Part shown: piece by piece, positions 36,601 to 50,539 of the stretch
How positions within the stretch are numbered: the stretch's first letter is position 1
How the letters are laid out: the number at the start of each line of letters is the position of its first letter
Source: Anthoceros angustus
Taxonomy: Eukaryota > Plantae > Anthocerotophyta
DNA length: 64,000 bases
Assembly (NCBI GenBank): GCA_010909165.1
Contig: MU008153.1
Span: 806,001-870,000, forward strand
Direction of reading: 5' to 3'
Notes under the pieces: model-generated
What the model saw: only the letters and a program-made list of their open reading frames with translations
What the model was told of the DNA's origin: nothing
Database searches by the model: none
Translations under genes and position numbers: made by a program

Positions 36601-37186
36601 TTGGCTTCACGCTCGACCTGCGCATCCCATGGTAGAGCTCCACGGCCTGCTTATCCTGCCCATGTTTCACATGAGCAGAAATTATGGCAGCCCATGTGAA
36701 GGCATCCGGCTTGGCAGCCATGGTGAACACACCCATGGCTTCCTGCAACCTGCCATGAAAAGCATACATCCGCAGAATGCGGTTGCACAAGAACGTATCC
36801 GACTCAAACCCTTTCTTCACGGTGAGAGCATGAACACGGCGACCTAGAGCCAGATCATGTCTGTCCACGCATTCCTTCATTGCAGCATAAATCACAGATT
36901 TTGAGACATGGCAGCCTGTGCCCACCAGAACTTCCAGGGCCTCCACGGCCTCACCGAGCTGCCCCTGGTCACATAGCTTCGTCACGGCATCCGCCGTTAC
37001 ACCGGGGTTGTGGAAACCGTCCATGGAAGATGGATATCCAGCTCCAGCCAGACATTCTATGGAGCGGGCAGGCATTCTAACAAAATCGGTGCACCACGCG
37101 GCTTTGCTGTTCGCGAGGCCCGGGTTGGTTGGAGTCAGGTGAGCAGAAACTCGCCCCCACGACGGGTCCTGGTGGCCAGCAGTCAT
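33650..37186 (-). CDS. PLS-class PPR RNA-editing factor with E1/E2 and a 'WW' PG-box; frameshifted in this assembly
   Basis: Repeated P-L-S triplets (DVVTWSAMIAGYSQQG / NSVTFACLLQAC / DVFVASSLVNMYAKCG), S2 HYTCMVDLLGRAG, E1 VWHTLLGAC, E2 AYSLMSNIY, then KQPGQSWWTDMEGLVHSFVVG and stop; split over ORFs 35249-37201, 34738-35217 and 33650-34837. Confidence 0.92.
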
Positions 37187-37394
37187 GGCTGCCAAGAGCA
37201 CCAGGAACTACCCGTCTGGCGGGAGTTCAGTGAAGCGACCAAACTCACGCTCTTTATTGATAAAATGTGACATAAGTTGCAAATCATGCACATGGGTCAA
37301 GGGAATCAAGAGAATGGGAGGCAGCAATGTGCACCTGGGTCTCTGAAAATTGAATCTACAGGGATGAACCTCGGATGGCTGCAGCTATCCACAG

Positions 37395-39355
37395 TCACCT
37401 CAGTCCCGATCCGCCAGGCCGAGACGGCTGACGCGTCATAGGCGACATCAGCAGGTTGCGGAGAGCGTCTGCAGGATTTCCTCCAACTGGATTGAAGATG
37501 GAATCTCGTTTGAAAGGTGAGCTTGGTTGGGGTCGAAGGCCCACACGGCTCCCTGGGGACGGTGCCCGATGAGCATCAAAAAAACCTGGCCCATTTCCAG
37601 TTTTCGGAAGTGGAGGCCACATGTCAGCAGTTTGGATAGGAGTGTCGGGGGCCAAATGCGACTGCCCCGCTCTAGTGTCTGCAAAATCAGTTACATTGCC
37701 AAAGTGCGTACAACACCGCTAAAACAAGTGGGTGCTTCCCGCTTACGTAAACAAGGCAGGTCTCTAGTACTAGATGAACAGAAACGGAAACAGAAACAGA
37801 AACAGAAACCGAAACCGAAACCGAAACAGAAACGGACCTGGCGTTGACATGCTGAATTTGAGGCGGTCGTTGTGAGCAGGGGCTACGGTGGAGCGCTTCA
37901 CCTTTTCGTATTGGCTCCTCAGCGATTCATACATCTCCTCCAACTTTCTCTTTTGTCTGGAAAGAAACAAGTCTTCGATTAGCAACTTTTGGGACTGACG
38001 TGAACGGAAGCAGACAAAAATTGTGTTACCGAGATTTTTCGGTGTACTTCTCCTGCAGCTCTGCTTGATCTTTCTTGATGCTTTCAAGCTCCTGCTCCAG
38101 TTGCTGCACCCGTTTCATGGCTTTCTGATAAGCACCATGCACTTGCTCGACCCGCTCGACACACTTGGTTTGCATCTCCTCGAACCTCTTGCGCATTTGC
38201 ATGGCCTTGTTCATGGTAGCCTGAGTTTCCACATCCTTTTGTCCAATCCAGAAGATGACACCTTTGTAGGCACTTTTCATGACTGCAAGTGGTGCCCAGT
38301 TAAGGGAGGCTCCATGGGCTACGACGCACGATGCATCTGACAGAGTGGTTCAGAAATACGCAAAGCTTGGAATCATCGGATACTGCTTTGGGGATGAACG
38401 CCAGCCATTATCATCTGCAAGGTTTTCACTACAATTTCTTGAGCAGTGTAGCTCGAATGCACATGAACACTACCACGAAAATCCGTAGAGAGCGTCTAAC
38501 AAGCGTCACAGTTCTTTGCACCAGAATATTCATCCAACAAGGTTTGACCCTTACATTGACCCATTCGTCATTGGCCTTCATCTCCACAGCCTTCATGTTA
38601 CTGCGAAAGAGAAGTTGGTCGGCGGTTGGCCATACTTTTCAAGCCAAGATCCCGTAGACGAGCAAAAGGTTACTGTACAGACTTAGCCTCAGAAATCAGA
38701 CAGCAAGGTCGAGTATGAAGCTACCAGTACCTCTTGGAAAGCATCTGCTGGCATAGTGGACAAGTTGAGTCCGAATTCAAGATTTTGCTTGCATCCTCGG
38801 AACCTGCGAGCCGGAGGCAAATTATTCATCACCTCAACCACTGCACCGCCTCAGAAGACAAGCCATTCACTCAAGCTGAACAGTGGTTTGAGGCGACCCC
38901 TGCGGACATTGCGACAGTTGCATACATCTAACAACAAGCCCTGATTCGGCCAATTGGTGACCATGTGTTGCAATCTTCACACCAGCAGGAAAACCGGTCT
39001 CCTGACTACGGGAATCAGCAAGAAGCGGACCACAATGAACTATCTAAAGCACCATTTTTCGGATCGGCGCCGGGGAGAGAATTCAAACAGCGAAAGGAAA
39101 AATCACACCTACGACAGCCAGAAAATCAGCTCGGCATACTTCGAGAGCTTCAATTCAAGACCGAGATCCGCATCAGAACGACTGTGGCAGCGCGCAGGAC
39201 AGCGGCGGCCTCTGTGTGACCACGAAGAAAGTGCAGAATTGATGCATCAATTTCCAGAACTGCAAGCATGATTCTTGGACCGCACAGAAGAGGTGGCCGC
39301 ATGTGGTGGCCACGGCGCGAGCCTCCAGCTCCCGCCAGCACGCATTGCACCTCAT
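37395..39355 (-). CDS. HEI10: E3 ubiquitin ligase CCNB1IP1 homolog (meiotic crossover factor), ~7 exons
   Basis: Exons 39355-39286 MRCNACWRELEARAVATTCGHLFC; 38803-38731 SEDASKILNSDSTCPLCQQMLSK; 38600-38555 NMKAVEMKANDEWVN; 38414-38384; MKSAYKGVIFWIGQ...QEKYTEKSR; QKRKLEEMYESLRS; final exon containing LRNLLMSP. Confidence 0.93.
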
Positions 39356-40344
39356 CGCGCATCCATGGATCTGGCTTTCGCCATACTCCACGCACGCCTT
39401 CCTTCCCGCCCGCGGTATCAATGATCGGCAAAGGGCGTTTCGAAACGTTTCGAGAAAAGAACGTTTGTACCGTGGAACCGTGGAACCAGGGCTAAAGCCG
39501 GGAAAGGAGACTTTATGTAGAAAAAGAGATGGGACATACCATCTACCCCGAAACGAAGAAGAACAACCTCAAACGGGGCACCAGGCTGGCACTAGTCCTC
39601 GCGATCGCGAATGTCTTGTAAAGTCGAGTGATGAGGCAAGCCTTACGAGAGAATTTTTCTTGTAGGCTGTTGCGATGTTTCTTGCGAAAAACAGGCCAAT
39701 TGCACGGTTTATCCCTTAGGGGCTTCTAATTGTGGACGGAAAATAAGTATTTATTTTATTTTTTAAGAAGCCCTTACTGATCCGTTAGGAAGGCGTGTGG
39801 AGTTCCAATAAACTCTATGGATGTCATTCCTTCACGGAAGGACATTATCAAATTTTGAAATATATTAATCTTACATATCAAAAATTAAAATACTAAATGG
39901 AAAATATCGAAAACCCACCTTGGAGCAAATAGCTAAGGGTGATAAAAGGGCAACCTCTTTGCACAACACGTTGTGTTAGGATCTTAGTTGGATCTTCCGA
40001 TTTTCCTTCACCCCCACCATCCCCACCTAGCATGTAATCCTACAACTATAGCAATTGCTGCAATTGCTATTGCCGTGTGTCTAGCAGCAAAATTACATAA
40101 GTAGATACATTACTTTTCCTACTTATCTAATCTATATCGAAATATAAAATAATATTTTATAATTAATATAGATATAAATTAATTAGAGTTGAACCTTTTT
40201 TGAAAAAAACTTTATTCCATGTAAGGGTGTTCAAAACTGGTGGCCCCTAGAGTAATAGGCTTCTCGGTTTTAAAAAAGGACACCTTGGCTTGTTGTTTAC
40301 CAAAAAAAAAAATTCATTACTTTCATATGACACTCAAAGGCTTG

Positions 40345-40635
40345 TATGAAAATGGCTTAGGCCAAATGGACGAACATTTAAAAACGAACCTCGTGATTAA
40401 GCATCCTGAGCATAGATCGGTACTTAGATGGGGTGCCTAAAGGGAGTGGATGCCCTTGGTGCAAGTAGCTTATGCACACCATGGTACAAGTTCTTAAGTA
40501 CCAAGTCCCATGCTCTTGGTGCAAGTAGCTTAGGCACACCATGGTACAAGTTGTTGTTAAGTACCAAGTCCCATGACGGAAATCCATCCTTAGTGGACTA
40601 AAATAAAAATAAAATTCTTCTTCTTCTTCTTCTTG
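40345..40635 (+). mobile_element. Non-LTR-like 3' end repeat (hairpin, AATAAA, TTC tail) with an internal ~60-bp duplication
   Basis: ATGACGGAAATCCATCCTTAGTGGACT..AATAAAATTCTTCTTC matches 32436-32497; upstream part matches 43010-43140. Confidence 0.55.
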
Positions 40636-43009
40636 TACGTCATGTTGCTATGTAAGGCTAACAAACGTTTGGAGTGAGAAGACTTATAGTGCAGTGGATT
40701 GCGGGTTACAAGTGGTTGTGAGCCCGGAGTTGGAGTATGCAGAGTGGGGTTGTTAGACCATACAACGTTGTCGCGCAGGGGTAGTCGCCGTTTTGGTCAA
40801 CGTAAGTTCGGAATATAAGAGATAAGATTATTTTCAAGGAACAGGCGAGCACCTTGATCACCAGACCTAGGAAGCCACTCTTCAAGCTCGTCAACAGTCC
40901 CAACTCGAGCCGTTTAATCGAATCGGCAGCTTGGCAGAACCTTTGCATCCTTAGCAGACATAAATAAAGTTGTTTTTGGATTAGCGCGTTGGACTTCATA
41001 TCCAAAGATTGTGGGTACGAATCCCATTGCGGTCATTAAGGAGTGACCACTAAGTGCACAAGGAACAAAATCATCGAAAATTTTATTTTGTTTTCTTTTT
41101 TACAACTAGGGGTGATTTTTTCATCTTGTTTGCAGTCACAAGAGTTTTACTCCAAGGTGTATTCTTGTTTTTAAGTTATTATTCAGCTATCATCTCACAA
41201 GTTGTAGAGTTATGGAATCTTCATAGGGAGGTCTACAAACATAGGGTGTACTAGAAACTCCAGCCAAGCTTCCATCTAAGCTGGCACTATGTTCCGGTTT
41301 CCTAAGCCGTTATCTCTATTTCCTAAAACATTTTGTAGGAGTATGCCTAAAACAAATGTAGAAACTTTGAATTCAATGTTTTAAACTTTCAACTGGCAAA
41401 GAAACACTTATTGAGCATTTTAGGCCAAGATTAGCTAGGTTAGGTGAGATGCCTTAGCTTGAGTTTTATTTAATGAACTAAGATTTCGTTTAAGACACAT
41501 ATGATTTTTCACATATGGTATTCACCCAAACACCTTTGTATGCTCAGAGTGTTCATTTTTTATCTTTCCTTTGTTGCCATACAATGAGTCATGTTCACAA
41601 TGTCCTGTTAATGAAGTCATGCATTCCCAAATTGCTTTTGTTTCATGCAATAAAGGTGATGATATGTACACGAAGTAAAAGAAAACTTGCAAAGAGGAGC
41701 TGTATAAGAAAAGCAGCAGCGTTAATTGTCTGCTATCAACTTGAGTTGACCAAACACAGTGATCAACTTACGAGTCCATTCTGTCTAAGGTCTGAGATTG
41801 TAGTGTAGAGGTATGACGGAAGTATTCGAATGCTCCCGATTCCTGCTACAAGGAAATGTTACAACGCTTCTACAGAAGAGGAACCCTAAGCTTGAGATAC
41901 TAGCTAGGATTGAAGTTGAAGCACAATGAGCAACCAAATATAAGTAATAACCCCAATGGGATGACCATTGTGAGCTTTTTGAACTGCAAATTTGACAATT
42001 TTCTCTTATCAAAGTCATCAAAACTCACTATATTCTGCTATCCAAAGTCATAAAAACTCATAGCAATATCAAAAACAAATTGTCTCACATATAATATAAA
42101 AGCTAGGAAATCCAAAATTCCTAAAGAAGTCGTGAAATAGAAGAAAAAGAAGAAGAAGTCTATGTTGTCCATTTGAACGGAACTCATACTTGTGCACATA
42201 AAAAGCATTATTTATTAAAAATAAGTAAAATAATTTTGACTAATGTGTACTAGGTTCAGATTACTTTACTCCCCTTCCGAGAATTGAACTCAGAACTGTG
42301 AGAGGGTGTATGAAACATCGGCTCTTTCTGCCTGTGGAGCATTACTAGCGGAGTGCTCTCTTTGTTTAGCCAGGGAGCGCTTAGATCAGAAAACGTTATC
42401 TTGATGGAGGAATGTGTGGCGAAGGAATGCCTCCGCCAAGCTGGAGGATCAACCAAGTCTGGCTGGAGGATGTATAAGAGCAAGGGGGTCCCCTTGCCAA
42501 GCTAAGTGGGGAAGCATTGTTTGGATTCCTACTTCGTCTCTACAGACTCTCTGAGGTTGCCAAGTCCAGCTGCTTAGAGCAGACCTTCTGCAATGTTTGT
42601 CCACAAGCCTGTAGTTGTATGCTGTCCTCAGTGTTGTGTGTATGGAAAGTGGCCTCATCTGTACTGTGTATCGTGTACATGTATGTTGAAAGTTGTGTTG
42701 GCAACAATCCAGGCTTTTGCCCAGCAGCCCAGCATCTAGGGGACTCCCCATTTTTCCTTGTCCTGCATCAAAGGCAAACAGACGTCTGATTAGCGGGCTG
42801 TCATTCCTTGTCTGTTAGAGGGTCTGAGAATCCTTACCTGATAAAGGGTCTGAGGTGTTGTGTCCAATCCCTCTTTCAACACAGTCTTTTCATACAACCC
42901 TCAACACCACACAATGAACTCCCTAACAAGTAAAGGAATTTACCGGAGAGTTTTTGTCGCCGAGATAAAAAGTTGACAAATCTGTTCTTCGAAGTTATTT
43001 GTGATTTGT

Positions 43010-43230
43010 GTCCAAATGGCTTAGGGCAAATGGGCACACATTTATAAGATCGTCCTTAAGCATTCTACGCTTAGATTCGTACTTAGATGGGGTACCTAAA
43101 GGGAGTGGATGCCCTTGGCACAAGTAGCTTAGGCATCCTTAGTGGACTTAAGTAAAATTTTTCTTCTTCTTCTATCTTTTCTATTGGGATGTCTTAGTGG
43201 ATTTAAATAAAATTCTTCTTCTTCTTCCAT
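43010..43230 (+). mobile_element. Further copy of the same 3' end repeat (tail present twice)
   Basis: AATGGCTTAGG.CAAATGG, GTACTTAGATGGGGT.CCTAAAGGGAGTGGATGCCCTTGG and CCTTAGTGGACTTAAGTAAAATTTTTCTTCTTC; second CTTAGTGGATTTAAATAAAATTCTTCTTC at ~43194. Confidence 0.6.
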
Positions 43231-43645
43231 CTTTTATCCATCTTTTATACGGGGATGATATGTGTGAGACGACGCTTACACACCAGACGAAGTCGCTCTC
43301 ACTTCAAGCTCGATTAAAGTTGTATTTGTGTGCAAAGGTAAACCTAATTACAGTGAAATATATAAATTTATTATATATAATGCGCTTTGAGCAGCACAGA
43401 AATCCAAACTTCCTGCAATCGACCCAGGGGAATTTATGGTGAATACCTTGCGTCTATCTGTTTACTATAGTTTCAGGGCATATAATATGTGGGGGAGATG
43501 ACATCTTCCTTCGCCTGAAGATGCTCTTTCTTCATCTTCCTTTCCTACAACCTAATAAGAATTTGGAATAACAGACATAGCCATCACATTATGTCCAGAG
43601 TTGACAAAGAACACATCTGGACACCCTTCTAGACATAGAGGTATT

Positions 43646-46600
43646 CTACTGTGGGCCAGCAGCAAGAATCTCTTCCGTGAGTTTGCTGTCCCCACCCACT
43701 TTGTAGTCGCTGAAGTTGGAGAAGTTCTTTTTAAACAGAGCAGCCAACTTGGTGAGGGTCTCCGTGTAAGCATTCTTGTCAGCCCACTGCAGCAGGCATG
43801 CAAAATTTCAGCATTTTCCCAGAGTCGAAAACGAAACAAAGGATTTTGTCCAAAATACGCTGCTTCGTTGGCATCTTGTGCCATAGAAACCAAAAGAAAG
43901 GGCTTTTGAAAGTACCAAGGAAAAGGAGCTCACCATATTCTCAGGGTGCAGTATCTCTGATGGCACTCCGTCAACTTTGTCAGGAACATATAGCCCGAAA
44001 ATGGGAGTCTGCGTGTAAGAAGACTTTAGCAGAGATCCATCGTGAATAGCATCAATGATCTTCCTGGTGTATGCCAGCTTCATGCGACGCCCAACTCCAT
44101 AGCTGAAGAAATGAAAAGGCATGGTTAGACATGTCTCGTATGGGTAGATTTCAAAGTGGCACCACAAGCATCGGGAAGGTAGATCACCTGCCACCAGACC
44201 AGCCGGTGTTCACCAGCCAGGCAGTAGCACCGTGCTTTTTCATCTTGTCAGCTAACATGGCCGCATACTTTGTGGGGTGCAGCATGATGAAGGCAGCACC
44301 AAAGCAAGCGGAGAAAGTTGCTTGAGGCTCTTTGATGCCTTCTTCTGTGCCGGCAACCTGCAAGAGCAGGCAGGAGTAGACACGGAATTGGTCACGATGT
44401 AGACTGAAACAGGGGACAGAAGGGTGTTGAAGGAGGTGGAGACGTGTACTCACCAAAGCAGTATAGCCACTGATGAAGTGGTACATAGTCTGGGCCATGG
44501 TGAGCTTGCTGACGGGAGGGAGAACCCCAAAGGCATCACATGCCAAAAGAATGACGTTCTTAGGATGGGGGCCAACACAAGGGATCTTGGCATTCGGAAT
44601 GAACTCGATAGGATAGGCAGCCCGTGTGTTCTCTGCGAGAGGACAACGCAAGGATCAAAGCAAGGCTCGAGCAGATGACATGAACAAGGAGGACATTCCA
44701 GAACAAACGCAGCATATATACCTGTGACTGATTTGTCACTGTAGTCCACCTCTCGTGTATGCTCATCGAAAACAACGTTCTCCAGAACTGCACACATGGG
44801 GGGAGGGGAAGCAGGAGTCTCAGAAAGGAATGTATGTAAGAATTTAATCAAACAGACGACATTTAACGTCGTCCTACCTGTCCCGAACTTGATGGCGTCG
44901 AAAATGTCGGGCTCTTTCTCCTGTGAGAGATCAATGGTCTTGGCGTAACATCCTCCCTCGATGTTAGAAACACCATTGTCCGACCAGCAATGTTCATCAT
45001 CTCCAATCAGAAGCCTGTTATGGTCAGTGGACAGCGTAGTCTTGCCAGTTCCTGCCACCCATACGAAACAACATGAACGAAGAGTTCGGGAGCTCAACCA
45101 GCACGGCAAGCATGTCACAATACAGTACCTGATAATCCAAAAAACAACGCCACATCCCCTAACTTCCCCTCATTGCAGCCAGAATGCAATGACAAAATCC
45201 CTCTTTTGGGCATCATATAGTGCATGAGGCCGAAGAGACCCTTCTTCATTTCTCCAGCATACTGTGTTCCAAGGATCACCATCTCTCTTCGTTTCAGGTT
45301 TATGTCTATGCTAGTTGAGGACGTCATGTAATGTGTGTAACGGTTGCAGGGGAATTGGCCTGCATTGTAAATAGTGAAGTCGGGAGTCCCAAAATCTTCG
45401 AGCTCTTCAGGTGTAGGACGAATACACCTGCCACCCATACTCACTTAATGCCAACCTCAACCCGCAGCAACCTCTGGTCACGGCCTCGAGAGGGCTCGAC
45501 AGACAGGGGTAGTTCTATTCTTCTCTTCCACACCGACTGACAACAGGACAGGATGAGGGGGCGCAGAGCTGCTTACATGTTGTACATGAAGAGCGAGTGG
45601 TAAGCCCGAGCTGATATGATCCTCACTTTGATCCGGTTCTGGGGATCCCAGTTCAAGAACTGGTCGTTCACGAACACCTGCAAATAGCCACCAAAAAGCA
45701 AGCATGTCACCAACTGCAACACACCCATTGCTCTAGGACAACAGGCAGACTTGCACGCACTAACCTTCTCCAAGGAGTTGAGGTAATCGACAGCCCGCTC
45801 CCTGTTCACCAGAAAAGTCTCCTCGTCCATTTCAATGTTCGGAGAGCCCCTACAGCAAACCACAAAAACTTGTCATCCATCGCCCTTTCAACAAAGGGTC
45901 ACCCCATGATTGGGTGCAGAGATATGTATACTCACTTGCCCCACCACAGATCATTCTTGGACGTCTCTTCGATCACAACACGCTTGTCCTTTGGCGAACG
46001 TCCAGTTTTCGCTCCAGAGAGCGTGGCCAATGCACCAGTGGAGGTGATGTACGATCCCTTCTCAAACTTGATGGCCTGCTCATACAGCTCTGCACATGGC
46101 AAGCTCAGCAGATTAGACAGCGTACAAAAAACCAACACACCACGAATCTTTGACTCGACCACAAAATGTGAGGGCTAGCTAGCTCTTCACCTGCGGGGGA
46201 CAAATTGTAGAGAACATGAGTGAACTTCAAGGCACTGTCACTGATGTTCGGCCTGGTAGGGACAGCACACTTATCAGCAGGCTTCCTCTTCTTCTCGGGA
46301 TCCCCCTTCACCAGCTGTGGCCCGGTCTCTCGAGTCAGGGAGGCAAGCGACGCACTGTAGAAACAAAAAGGACAACAACATCAGTAACCAATCAACAGAG
46401 CGGGAACAGGAAACCGAAAACAAAACAAAAAAACCGCCATCCGCTGAGAGATACAAATGCGTTCCACAAGCTGACTCCAGAAAGTTGGAAAAACAGCAGC
46501 ACCTGATGGACTGCAACTGCTGTCGCTTCCTCTCCTCGTCGGAGAGAAATGGGCTCTTAGTGGGTGTTCCCCGAGGGGTAGAGGGAGCCGATTTTTTCTT

Positions 46601-46771
46601 CTGGAGCGAATGCAGCTCGTCCAGAGTCTTAGCCCGGACAGGGGTGGTGCTGTCATCGGTGCACACATCGCCCTTGTTGCTCACGGTCTTGATCTTGGAC
46701 AAGCCGTTGGGAATACCATTCCCGCTCATCTCGTGAGCCACACCGTTCTGAGAAATACCGTTCTGAGCCAT
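43646..46771 (-). CDS. PCK1: Phosphoenolpyruvate carboxykinase (ATP), multi-exon
   Basis: [101 protein letters not shown]; last exon needs a +1 base in a G-run to give [12 protein letters not shown]. Confidence 0.96.
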
Positions 46772-47416
46772 CCTCGCTGCTCCCAAAAAAACCGGCACCT
46801 GCAAATCACCCCATTACCAACCCACAAAAACTGCAAGCTTCAGAAAACAACCCACAATTCCATCCACCACCGAGAAGCCGAGAACCGCGAAACCCAACAC
46901 TCACCGAGCGCTGGAGCTGCCCAGAAGAACGGGAACGCAGAAGCGGTGGTGTCGGGCGGCTCACTGGCCAGACAACTCACTTCTCCAGCCTGAAAATTAC
47001 TCCCTCTCCCGCAAGAGACCATGAAATGAGGCTCTCTCTCCCACAGAAATTATTTCTTCATCCAGAACCCACACGGACAGCGAGGAGCGAGCGGGGAATC
47101 AGCAGCGCCGGGAGCGAGCCCAGCAGCAGCGAAGTAGGAGACGAGAAAAGGCCAGCCGGTGGTGAAGCCGAAGCCGAAGCCAAAGCCGCCGCCCAACACC
47201 AGATCTGCAACAGGAGCAAGAAGCGGCACAATTCTGCTGCGGACCCCGGGAAATCAGCGAGTGCACGCGGAATCAGCACCGGAATCGGAGGCTGGGCTGG
47301 TGCCCACAACGGGAACTCGAGGCAGAAAGGAAACGCGATCCTTGCCTCCCGGGAGACAGGCGATCACGAAAACACCGAGGCCGAAGACGAGAGAGGAATG
47401 CAACACCTTCGCCCGC

Positions 47417-47423
47417 TTATATA
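47417..47423 (-). promoter_or_regulatory. Candidate TATA box for PCK1
   Basis: TATATAA on the minus strand in GC-rich context ~650 bp upstream of the ATG; a TTGCAG acceptor near 46798 suggests a 5' UTR intron. Confidence 0.45.
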
Positions 47424-49754
47424 GCCCTGCGCGCTTCTGCTCGCTGCAGCAGCACCGAGCTCGCAGTGTCCTCTGCAAGGGAAACGCCTTGCAGGCTTGG
47501 GCAGCGCGGGCAGAGGTTCGGGCAGGGCAGCTAGGCTCGGGCTGACCGGGCAGCCCGCGCCAGCCCGGCCAGCCAGCCAGCCCGGCTCGGGCAATGGGCA
47601 GCCCATGCTGGCGGTGACGGGGCCGTTCCCGCGTTTTCACCCCGCCTCGTACGACCAGAGCTCCGGGTAAAACGACTCGCTTAAAATAAACGCGACGATC
47701 AGGAGCTCAAGTGGGCCTCTTACTCCAGTTTAACCACAGTTCCGTTCCACGTCACGGGGCTGCCACGTGGCGCTGGACCCCGCCACATCAGCGCCGTCCG
47801 ACCTGGCTGCGGTCTTTAATTAGCAACGCAGGGCGCGGCCTGCGCTCCTGCACCTACCATGGCGGGCAGCGACCGCCCGGCGCGACCGGATGCTTGACCG
47901 GCGCGCCAGCCCGTCGGAGTTGGCCGGTCGAAACGCGATTCGCGAATGCGTGATTCGCGAATCGCGTCTCGCGCGTCTCGGCTCGTCTCGTCACGTCTCA
48001 CGCGGGACGCCTCTGTGCGGAGTAGGTAGAGGCAGCTGCGGAGGCAGGCACTCGGAAGCGCCTTCCAGGACCTTCGTGCTTCTCTCTGCTGTCCGCTGCT
48101 GCGGCATCGGGTGTACCGATGCGATCAAGACATTGATTTGCGAGTCCATGCCGTTCATTGCTGCGTTTTCGAGCTTTCCAGCGAAATGCGAGATTGATGA
48201 ATGCAGTTAGGTGTGTACTAGCTACGGCCGAGCAGTAACTCGGCAGCAGGCCAGCAGGCGAGGGCAGGGCAGGCCAGGCCAGGGCAGGGCAGGGCAGGGC
48301 AGAGTAGGTCAGTCAGGTCAGGTCAGGTCAGGTCAGAATGGATCTACCTCCCCCGGGCAAATCCAGTTGCCGTTTGCTGTCAATTTCCGTGACATGCTTG
48401 CCCTGCAGGCTAGGGTTTCGCTTTACACCACTCTCTCTGCAAGGGAAGCGGATCGTCTACGCGTTTCCAAGCAGATGGATCCATGTGCTCGTGGAGCTCG
48501 TGTTATTTTGCTTTCATTTTGTTGTGGACTTGTGGCTGTGGCACTGGCAGGGGATTTCTTCCTGACCAGAACGGAATTCTTTCTGCTAGGTGCTATCTGA
48601 TAACGTATAGCTTTTACCCTAAGAGTCCGTGCCATATGGCAGGCAGCCGAGCCATATGCTTCCCGCACAAATGATGTGCCGAGAGTACAGTCTCGGCTGG
48701 CAAAGTGGCATCCTCGCCAGGGAAGACCGAGCCAGAGAGCATTTCTCCCTCTGTAGAGTGTGGAATCATCGCCCGCGGGTAGCAGTACTACACTTGGGAA
48801 GCCGCGCTGCCCTGCCCGGGATGCATCTCTTACTTGACCGGAAATCGGATTCACTGCTGTGGCACAGAACTTTACGCTTCCGGATTCCAGAATTCTGGAC
48901 CCCGGCACATGCTGGTCTTGCAGGAAACGTTGGGGCTAAAGAAAGACCTGGATGGTGATTTCGAGTGGGACAAGGGAAGTCCCGAATCATCCGCCATGGC
49001 GTGGTGAAATCACTTGACGTCTCTCCGGACCAGGTTCATCGTCAGGCTTCATGAACCATGACACGTTTCATTCCGTTGCTTCGGGAATCGGATGGTATGC
49101 GATCTTATGCCATGACGGCATGTTTGCATGGGCGGCGGAAATTGAAACAATGCAAGCAACTGGCATGGTGGTGGAGTGCAGGCAAAGAGAAGGCCACGAG
49201 AAAGGCTTATCTTAGAAAAGGTTGGATGTTGGAAGCCTGCGCCCTCCGGCAACGTGGAGGCTCGGCTTTGCAACTGCCCTCGACTGGGCTCCAGTTTCCT
49301 GTTAAAGCAGTCCCACCCCCGACTCTTACTCGGTCCAGATTCCCTTAAAATGTGAGCCCACTATTCCATTGCGAGCCGATCAACAGCGATGTTAATTTAC
49401 TCGGCCTGTTGCAGATTTCATACACGAGATGCATGGAAGGGAAGTGCCGGTGCCACTGGGGCAGGTAATTTCATGTTTGGCGAGGAATGTTGAAGGAATG
49501 TTGAGGGAATGTTGGCCACATGGCATCGCTGTTGGTAAAAAGGTCTAGAAGTTTCGATGCAGGCGCGCGGGCCATGATGTTGAATGCACATCCTTGCATG
49601 TCGGTACCTAAACTGGGATGTGGGTCATTCTGTCTCGAAATTCTAGCCTGGTTTCCGTGTGCTATATTTGTCCAACTTTTACCACACTAGTCTGAAGTAA
49701 TCCTGTTTACACCATTGCGTCCTCAAATTGATGAGAAAGAGGCGGGGAACGGAA

Positions 49755-50150
49755 AACCGGGGAGTTTGTTGGCGATTGCCAAGGTGGTCGGGAAGAGGGT
49801 GCGTTTACACGCAAGAAATTGAGAAAAACGGGGCAGCTTCTTTGCCAGAACGGAGGCAGCGAATTACAGCCAGCTGGATTTGGGAGACGTCGATGAGACT
49901 GAAGATGGTGCCATCCAGGATGACTTTGATGGCTGCATTGCCTACCTCATGTACACCGACGGGAGGGAATAGCAACAATCCCGACTCTGGTGCGGAAGAG
50001 AGGCTTCAGGAACTTCTCGCAGCAATTCAAGCGGCCCACCTGTGAGGTTGACAGGATGTCCACACCATTTACTCTTGCCATAGATGAAACCTGTTCGGAG
50101 TATGACTCCTGGCCCAGAACAAGGGACAACGACATCAGCAGTACTAGTGA
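49755..50150 (-). pseudogene. Decayed duplicate of the last exon and 3' UTR of the NAD(P)-binding gene
   Basis: Aligns to ~50430-50855; GVILRTGFIYGK versus GVILQPGFIYGK; shared GGAAGAGAGGCTTCAGGAACTTCTC; frameshifts present. Confidence 0.85.
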
Positions 50151-50539
50151 AGAACCCCCATAAGAACAAGATTGGTAAGACCGCATACAATCACCACACT
50201 GACGAATGCAAAACTATCTGGTAAAATGCCATCCTACCATGCCATTCATGAGTGCATGGTATGCATGTATGACACCACATCGTCCTGGGCACCCGCGAGC
50301 GTTCTCCACACTCTGACCACAAAATCCTCTGCGAGCATCTCCTCCACACTCCACCGGTTCCATCAGGGCCTTCTTGTCCTACAGACCATGCCTTGCAAGC
50401 CTCTGCTGCTGGCAGGCGCAGTAATTGAGAACCGGGGAATTTTTGGACATTAACAAGGTGGCCGGGAAGAGGATGGAGTTTACAGAGAACTTGAGGAAAA
50501 GGGACAGCTTCTAGGCCAGAACGGGGGCACGAAGCCAGC

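Noticed and set aside
48211-49350. Several short ORFs downstream of GGGCA/GGTCA microsatellites
   Set aside because: No homology recognised; a faint PPR-like phrase is not convincing.
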